Positions 58,890 through 64,000 of a DNA stretch of 64,000 nucleotides are shown in pieces (position 1 is the stretch's first letter; each line of letters begins with the position of its first letter). The notes under the pieces are model-generated. The model saw nothing but the letters and a program-made list of their open reading frames with translations. It was not told where the DNA came from and made no database searches. The position numbers were made by a program, and so were the translations under genes. This DNA is from Phormidesmis sp. (GTDB lineage Bacteria; Cyanobacteriota; Cyanobacteriia; Phormidesmidales; Phormidesmidaceae). Location: positions 6,796 through 70,795 of the forward strand of contig JBAQZP010000023.1 of the NCBI GenBank assembly GCA_049791095.1, read 5' to 3'.

Positions 58890-59690
58890 TTACTCAATCT
58901 TGTAAGTAACCGAAACGCTGACGTCTACCGGCACTTCTAGCGGTAAGGATGAGTCGTAGGGCTGGACGCCGTATTGATTGATGTAACGAAGAATTTCGTC
59001 GAGGTTAGTGGGGCAGCTTCCGGGCGTAGCGCCGAAATATCCCCAGGTAATATAGCTTGAGATAAAGAAAAGCTCGCCAAGTTGGATGTCGCTGGTATCG
59101 GCCAGAGCCGTTGCCTGGTTGCGGGCCTGTGTCAAAGCAATTTGACGAGCGTTCGCTTCTGCGGCGTCACAGTTACGGGCAGAATATAGTGCGTTAACCG
59201 GACTGGGCACGAGCTTTTTATCGGCGATCGCGGCTGCGTTAGCCAGCTCGACCAGCGTATTCAGTCGCTCGCGGGTAGGGTTACTAATTTTTACCACCAT
59301 GCGCAAAGCGCTATAGCTGTAAACATCTGGCGCAAAACTGATGGCACTTTCAGCGACACCCGCGCCTATCAGGGCAGCTTTTACCGGCTGTAAATCAGAT
59401 TCTGTGATGACGACGGGTGACAATGGCGAAACCATCGGATTGTCTGGGGTCTCACTGTAGGGATCGAGGGTATAGGCAAATACTAGCGCCGCTTGCTCGG
59501 CGGGTGCAAAGGCGCGTCCATTGCCGGTCACAGAGAGCGATCGCACATCGCTCGCCGCAAACTGAGCGAGCTGTAGCCCTGCATCAGGAGCAGCTTGACT
59601 GGCTTTGGCGATTGTCAAGGGAGCAATAAAGCCGATTAGAGTGGCGATCGCACCCACATACGCGGTCTTGGTAATTTGTTTGTATAGCAT
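58890..59690 (-). CDS. SIMPL (DUF541)-like secreted protein
   Basis: Signal/TM N-terminus. RSLSVTGNGRAFAPAEQAALVFAY and AEANARQIALTQARNQATALA...LGELFFIS resemble the SIMPL pattern. Tentative. Confidence 0.45.
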   Translation of the reverse strand: MLYKQITKTAYVGAIATLIGFIAPLTIAKASQAAPDAGLQLAQFAASDVRSLSVTGNGRAFAPAEQAALVFAYTLDPYSETPDNPMVSPLSPVVITESDLQPVKAALIGAGVAESAISFAPDVYSYSALRMVVKISNPTRERLNTLVELANAAAIADKKLVPSPVNALYSARNCDAAEANARQIALTQARNQATALADTSDIQLGELFFISSYITWGYFGATPGSCPTNLDEILRYINQYGVQPYDSSLPLEVPVDVSVSVTYKIE

Positions 59691-59756
59691 TCCGACTCTA
59701 GCGATAGTTAACTACCTAGTTTTGCCCAGATTGACGTCTATATCTATTGAAACTTT

Positions 59757-60977
59757 CTATAGGAACTGAAATGTCTTTTGCGCTCGGTAGCCCGGAAATA
59801 TCTGCGCCAGGGCCGGTTCACTCAGGCTAAAGTGCTGGGCTAGCAAAGCGCTGAGAACATCGCGAAAATCTGTAGTCACGGCCAAATCGCGTGACTGATA
59901 GAGATTAGCCGTTGCCAAGCCCGGCCACTCACCATAGACCTGTGCGCCTTTGAGGCTGCCGCCCATCAGCCATAGCGCATTGCCATAACCGTGGTCAGTG
60001 CCACCGTTGCCATTTTCGGCCACGGTTCGACCAAATTCAGACATCACCACCACCGCCGTGTCTCGATAAACCGGCCCTAGCGCCGTGGCCAAAGTTGCCA
60101 GCCCAGCCCCTAAAGCATCCAGGTGACGATTCAAAATATCGCGTTCATTGACATGAGTGTCCCACTGACCCAGTTCCATAAAAGCCACTTGGGTGGCAGC
60201 ATCCCCCACCATTAGCCGGGCCAGATACTGAGCGCTGGTGGCAAACTGGCTGGGGTCAAGTGCGCCCCTGGAAGCGGCCATCATTTCGTCGTTTAGCGCT
60301 TGCATAACAACGTCGCGAGCCGCACGCCCCGCTTGATAAACCTGAGCTAATCGGCTGTCGTTGGCATATAGCCGATCGAAAGCGGCTTGAATTTGAGGCT
60401 GATCGGTCGGTAAGGGTAGGGTGCCTGCCCTACCGAGGGCCACGCTGGCGACAGATTTTGGCCCCGAGAAAATTAGGGGTAAGGTGCCGCCAACGCTGAC
60501 GGCTTGAGTGGTGGTGCCGGTGGGTAGAAAAGCTAATAGGCGGTTCAGCCAGCCGTCTGGGGTGGTGTCTACGCCGGGGGTACCGGTTTCTAGATCGGCT
60601 TGGGCTTGAAAATGCGATCGCACCGAAACCGGCGATCCCGATGCATGAACAAAGGCCAAATGCCCGGCCTGCCACTCGCTCATCAGCGCACTCAGGGCCG
60701 GGTGCAAGCCAAATTGACCGTCCAAATCTAGCGCGGCGGCGGCGGTACCGGGTGGGACGATCGCAATCGTCGGTCTCAATTCGTAGTAATTGGCTTCCTG
60801 ATAGGGCACCAACACATTTAATCCATCAACGGCCCCTCGCAACAGAATCACAATTAATCGCGGTGTGCGAGCCGCCGCCTGCGCCGGATTTCGCCAGGCC
60901 CAGCCGTGAGTCCCCACAGCAGCCAGCCCGGAGGCACTGAGTAAGGCCGTTCGCTTGAGTAACTGACGTCGTTTCAT
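59757..60977 (-). CDS. DUF1501 domain protein (sulfatase/alkaline-phosphatase superfamily-like) with Tat signal
   Basis: Twin-arginine leader MKRRQLLKRTALLSASGLAAVG. Core VVMSEFGRTVAENGNGGTDHGYGN is typical of DUF1501. Confidence 0.85.
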   Translation of the reverse strand: MKRRQLLKRTALLSASGLAAVGTHGWAWRNPAQAAARTPRLIVILLRGAVDGLNVLVPYQEANYYELRPTIAIVPPGTAAAALDLDGQFGLHPALSALMSEWQAGHLAFVHASGSPVSVRSHFQAQADLETGTPGVDTTPDGWLNRLLAFLPTGTTTQAVSVGGTLPLIFSGPKSVASVALGRAGTLPLPTDQPQIQAAFDRLYANDSRLAQVYQAGRAARDVVMQALNDEMMAASRGALDPSQFATSAQYLARLMVGDAATQVAFMELGQWDTHVNERDILNRHLDALGAGLATLATALGPVYRDTAVVVMSEFGRTVAENGNGGTDHGYGNALWLMGGSLKGAQVYGEWPGLATANLYQSRDLAVTTDFRDVLSALLAQHFSLSEPALAQIFPGYRAQKTFQFL

Positions 60978-60980
60978 GGC

Positions 60981-61028
60981 GGTTCTGAGATTCTGAGGTT
61001 CTGAGATTCTGAGGTTCTGAGATTCTAA
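60981..61028. repeat. 16-bp tandem direct repeat x3 (GGTTCTGAGATTCTGA)
   Basis: Units at 60981-60996, 60997-61012 and 61013-61028 (last ends in AA). The array begins 4 nt upstream of the DUF1501 ATG, inside the 74-nt DUF1800-DUF1501 spacer. Confidence 0.9.
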
Positions 61029-61051
61029 GCGGCAAAACCTAGCGATAAAAC

Positions 61052-62461
61052 TTAGCGGTACATCATTTCAGGACTGCCTAAAATCAGCGCGGGACGCAGA
61101 TACACAGGCGAATCGTTAACCACGCGCTGAGTCTCAGCCGATAGCTGCTGGCCCACAGCTTCCAGCAAGGTCGCAGCTAACGCCCCGCGCGATGGCCCGG
61201 TCGGCGGCTGGGCATTCGGCTGGCTGTAAAGATTGACGGTGGCCAGGGCAAAGTTTACCCGGCGCAGCATCGCATCTGGGCTCAGCCAGGGAGCTTCGAC
61301 TTGGGCATAGCCATCGGGCGTTCGACAGTAGTACAGCGGCATTCCTAGCTGAGTCATAGCACCGTTCAATCGTTTTAAACGCTCTTCGGTAGGTGACACC
61401 AGCCCCACCGCACGAGTCATAGACAGTAGATACTGATATGGCGTTTTGAACTTGCGCTGATAGTAAGCCGGATCCCAGAATTCGGCACTTTCAAACAAAG
61501 CCGATAGCACGCTGCGAATATCCCCCCCGCTCGCCAAAAAAGTCTTTGCCAGCGTTTCAACTAAACTTTCGGGCGGATTGTCGGCGACAAAATACTGAGC
61601 CAGCTTGCGGCTAAGATGACGCGCTGTCGCTGGGTGCTGGGCTAACAAATCTAGGGCGGCTTCACCTTCATTCAGTCCACCGGGTGCGATCGCCTTATCC
61701 AACAACACTTTGGAACCAGGATCATGGCGATTGGCCACAAACATAAACCCGCTTTGATCGCGAGCCCGCTGGCCGTGGTGCAGCATTGTCCAACCGGTAA
61801 AAATGCGCGTTAAATTTTCCACATCAGCCTGACTGTATCCCCCATCGATCCCCAGCGTATGCAGCTCTAGTAGCTCGCGAGCATAGTTTTCGTTAAAGCC
61901 ACTAAAAGCGCCTTTGGCAGCATTGCTGTTGGGGTCTGTATTGCGCCAGTTGTCCAAATAAAACAGCATGGCTGGATGCTTTGCCGTTGCCCCTAACAGT
62001 GCGCGAAACTTACCAAGCGCATGGGGCCGAATCGCCGACTGCTCGTAGTCGCCAGCCCATACCATCGTCAGACCTTTGCCTACAAACACATTGAAATGGT
62101 TGAACCAAAAATCCACCATCATTTCATAGAGCTGACGAGGACTTTCCAGCGCCCTCAGCAGCCGCGCCTGCACCGATTCGTTCAGCATTTGTACCTGACG
62201 CGATCGCGCATTCTGCCGCTGCTCAGCAGAAGCTTTTGGCGGCGGCGCATATTGTTCAAAAAGTTCTACGGGCGATAGCTGAAGCGCCGGAAACCTCTGT
62301 AGCCGACGCTTCAGCGCTGGGGGATCGGCTAAATGCTCGGGTGTAAGTTGTTGTTGTATGTAGGCTTTTATACCACTGCGTTCGATTTGGGCGCGATCGC
62401 CTGGCCGAGGCCCAAAGCTCAGCCGATTCAAAACATGCGTAACAGTTGACGCTGAATCCAC
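61052..62461 (-). CDS. DUF1800 domain protein
   Basis: N-terminal HVLNRLSFGPRPGD and the central HTLGIDGGYSQADV are typical of DUF1800. The gene precedes DUF1501, as in the common gene pair. Confidence 0.85.
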   Translation of the reverse strand: MDSASTVTHVLNRLSFGPRPGDRAQIERSGIKAYIQQQLTPEHLADPPALKRRLQRFPALQLSPVELFEQYAPPPKASAEQRQNARSRQVQMLNESVQARLLRALESPRQLYEMMVDFWFNHFNVFVGKGLTMVWAGDYEQSAIRPHALGKFRALLGATAKHPAMLFYLDNWRNTDPNSNAAKGAFSGFNENYARELLELHTLGIDGGYSQADVENLTRIFTGWTMLHHGQRARDQSGFMFVANRHDPGSKVLLDKAIAPGGLNEGEAALDLLAQHPATARHLSRKLAQYFVADNPPESLVETLAKTFLASGGDIRSVLSALFESAEFWDPAYYQRKFKTPYQYLLSMTRAVGLVSPTEERLKRLNGAMTQLGMPLYYCRTPDGYAQVEAPWLSPDAMLRRVNFALATVNLYSQPNAQPPTGPSRGALAATLLEAVGQQLSAETQRVVNDSPVYLRPALILGSPEMMYR

Positions 62462-62611
62462 AGTTCACAGCGTGAAAGCAATAGCAGTCACCATAATCGA
62501 TCTAACACTGTTCCATTCTAGAACCTGTGCCACTTCCCAGTAGGGCCACCCCCTAATTGCCTGCTTGCAAGATTTATCTGGGTCTGTTCCTTTTGACGGA
62601 TGCTGCCTTTG

Positions 62612-62629
62612 TTTACTTTTATTAAGTTA
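62612..62629 (+). promoter_or_regulatory. weak HLR1-like direct repeat upstream of the hli gene
   Basis: TTTACTTT-TA-TTAAGTTA compared with the HLR1 consensus (G/T)TTACA(T/A)(T/A)-NN-(G/T)TTACA(T/A)(T/A) scores 7/8 and about 5/8. It lies 31-48 nt upstream of the ATG. Confidence 0.25.
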
Positions 62630-62659
62630 TAGCCGTAACCTTTTTTTGGAAGACCAATT

Positions 62660-62857
62660 ATGCAAGACAAAACGAATCTCCCTCTAGATACAAAGCAACC
62701 CTATGCCGAGCCTGCTACTAGCTGGCGATTGGGTTTCGTACCCAGTGCCGAAATCTGGAACGGTCGCCTCGCAATGATCGGCTTTTTGTCTGCCGCGCTG
62801 ATCGAAATTTTCTCAGGGCAAGGCTTCTTGCACTTCTGGGGTTTGGTCGGAATGTAA
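62660..62857 (+). CDS. hli: high-light-inducible protein (HLIP, one-helix CAB family)
   Basis: 65 aa with [24 protein letters not shown], the chlorophyll-binding E..NGR.AM motif. Confidence 0.9.
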   Translation: MQDKTNLPLDTKQPYAEPATSWRLGFVPSAEIWNGRLAMIGFLSAALIEIFSGQGFLHFWGLVGM

Positions 62858-62918
62858 GCTGGACTAGTTTTCTAGCAATGTTTTGTGTTAACTGAGGCTC
62901 TTGTATTTTAATTTTAAG

Positions 62919-62952
62919 GGCGGTAGCTGATAATTTGGCTGCCGCTTTTTTG
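62919..62952 (+). terminator. intrinsic terminator of the hli gene
   Basis: Stem GCGGTAGC (62920-62927) pairs with GCTGCCGC (62938-62945; one G-U pair), followed by TTTTTTGTTGCTTT. Confidence 0.7.
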
Positions 62953-62986
62953 TTGCTTTGGATGGATTGGGCGAGACGCCTGTCTC

Positions 62987-63481
62987 TTACTCAAACATTT
63001 TGGGCCTTAGAAAACTCAGCAGTTCAGCCGAATTTGTAGATAGCGCCTGCCAAGAACTTACTTTTAGGACTAGTTGAACGTATCCACAGGTCGGCAAGTT
63101 GTCAATGGGACGATCGCTCACATGGTTGCAAAAGTCTGTCAGCGCATTATTGTGACCCACAATCACAACCTCTACCCGCGAGCTATCCAGGGCCTGGCAC
63201 CAGGCGAGCAAGTCTTGAGCATTAAACGTGTATAGCGCGTTATCAAGCTGCCATTGAATGCCTTTCTCTGGCAAATTTTGAGCAATCTGTTCAATCGTTG
63301 ACTGCGCGCGCACTGCTGGAGAGCAAAACACATGCTCAAAACCACAGCCCGCTTTCACAATTTGCGGAGCCATCACCCGACAGGATTCTACCCCTCGCTG
63401 ATTGAGCGGACGGTCGATATCTGCTAGCGAACCGTCAGTATGGCTAGATTTGGCATGGCGAATGAGGTGTAGTTTTTTCAT
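62987..63481 (-). CDS. histidine phosphatase family protein (SixA-like)
   Basis: ATG 63481 is preceded by GGGAG. The N-terminus is KKLHLIRHAKS (RHG/RHA motif), with IVGHN later. About 164 aa. Confidence 0.8.
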   Translation of the reverse strand: MKKLHLIRHAKSSHTDGSLADIDRPLNQRGVESCRVMAPQIVKAGCGFEHVFCSPAVRAQSTIEQIAQNLPEKGIQWQLDNALYTFNAQDLLAWCQALDSSRVEVVIVGHNNALTDFCNHVSDRPIDNLPTCGYVQLVLKVSSWQALSTNSAELLSFLRPKMFE

Positions 63482-63570
63482 ATAGCTCCCACAAAATCCC
63501 ATCAGAACAAACGGTTCTACTTTACCGTGTGGCTGTAAGCGATCGCAGTCTACAGAATTACACTAGCGAA

Positions 63571-63740
63571 CCTTTAGTTTGTTACCATGCTCGATGCGAT
63601 CGCGCCCCCAATCCTTTAGTTTGTCAGCGCAATCCTTTAGTTCGTGAGCGCAATCCTTTAGTTCGTGGCTATAAACCTTTAGTTTGCCAAGTAAAAGGCT
63701 TTGTTCGTGGCTGTAAACCTTTAGTTTGGGGCGGCGGTTG
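63571..63740. repeat. 21-bp periodic direct-repeat array (about 8 units, core CCTTTAGTTYGT)
   Basis: CCTTTAGTT starts at 63571, 63613, 63634, 63655, 63676 and 63718, giving spacings of 42, 21, 21, 21 and 42. Degenerate units fill the 42-bp gaps (e.g. GGCTTTGTTCGT at about 63697). Confidence 0.9.
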
Positions 63741-64000
63741 TTTAGTAACTCAATGCGGATCTTTTGTATCATAGAGTGGAGTCTTGGTTTGGGCGGGCGA
63801 TCGCTTCATCCCTCAGTCGCGATCAAGCCTGCCAGCCCTGAAATAAAAGAATGTAAGGTCTGGATCTAAGATACGATTCCAAAATCTCTTTATCTATCTC
63901 ACCTTTTCTTTATCAAACCCCTCGCTTTCTACTCGCAATCTTGTAAAAGTATCCACTATTCCACATTGGCTACCGGGCAATCTTCCTTTAGAAGAGATAA

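Noticed and set aside
63571-63740. Tandem repeat arrays (also 18476-18643 and 60981-61028) considered as CRISPR arrays.
   Set aside because: The units are contiguous with no unique spacers, are too short or degenerate, and no cas genes are present.

Overview
This looks like a 64 kb chromosomal segment from a cyanobacterium. The HIP1 octamer GCGATCGC recurs throughout (e.g. 236-243, 52013-52020, 56418-56425). Cyanobacterial hallmark genes are present: CyanoQ, CyanoP, an HLIP, DUF4058 and DUF3110. I can support about 60 protein-coding genes. I found no rRNA, tRNA, transposase, integrase or CRISPR array. Housekeeping content: folP, murD, glyS, murQ, alaS, maf, a monomeric-type icd, and glycogen genes (glgB, glgA, a GH57 enzyme). 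Accessory content: two type II toxin-antitoxin pairs (DUF433/PIN-like and HicAB), a solo minimal nucleotidyltransferase, a decayed TPR/STAND-like gene, a type IB topoisomerase and a DUF1800/DUF1501 pair. The most unusual items, in my view: (1) At 10560-13088, one ORF fuses a cNMP-binding domain, a sigma54-type AAA+ module with degenerate Walker motifs, and a NapH-like polyferredoxin membrane domain; it sits directly behind a CHASE3/HAMP histidine kinase. (2) At 44804-49608 there is a signal-peptide-less HtrA-like PDZ protein that appears to lack the catalytic His (and perhaps Ser). It abuts a LuxR-type regulator whose receiver has Glu at the phospho-acceptor position. Next to them are two diverged PRC-barrel/YsnF-AvaK paralogs flanking a Gly/Ala-rich membrane protein. 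(3) There are several helically phased tandem direct-repeat arrays in non-coding DNA: 21 bp x about 8 at 63571-63740, 42 bp x 4 at 18476-18643, 11 bp x 3 at 34406-34438 and 16 bp x 3 at 60981-61028. All functional calls come from motif recognition by eye on the supplied translations; no database search was run.
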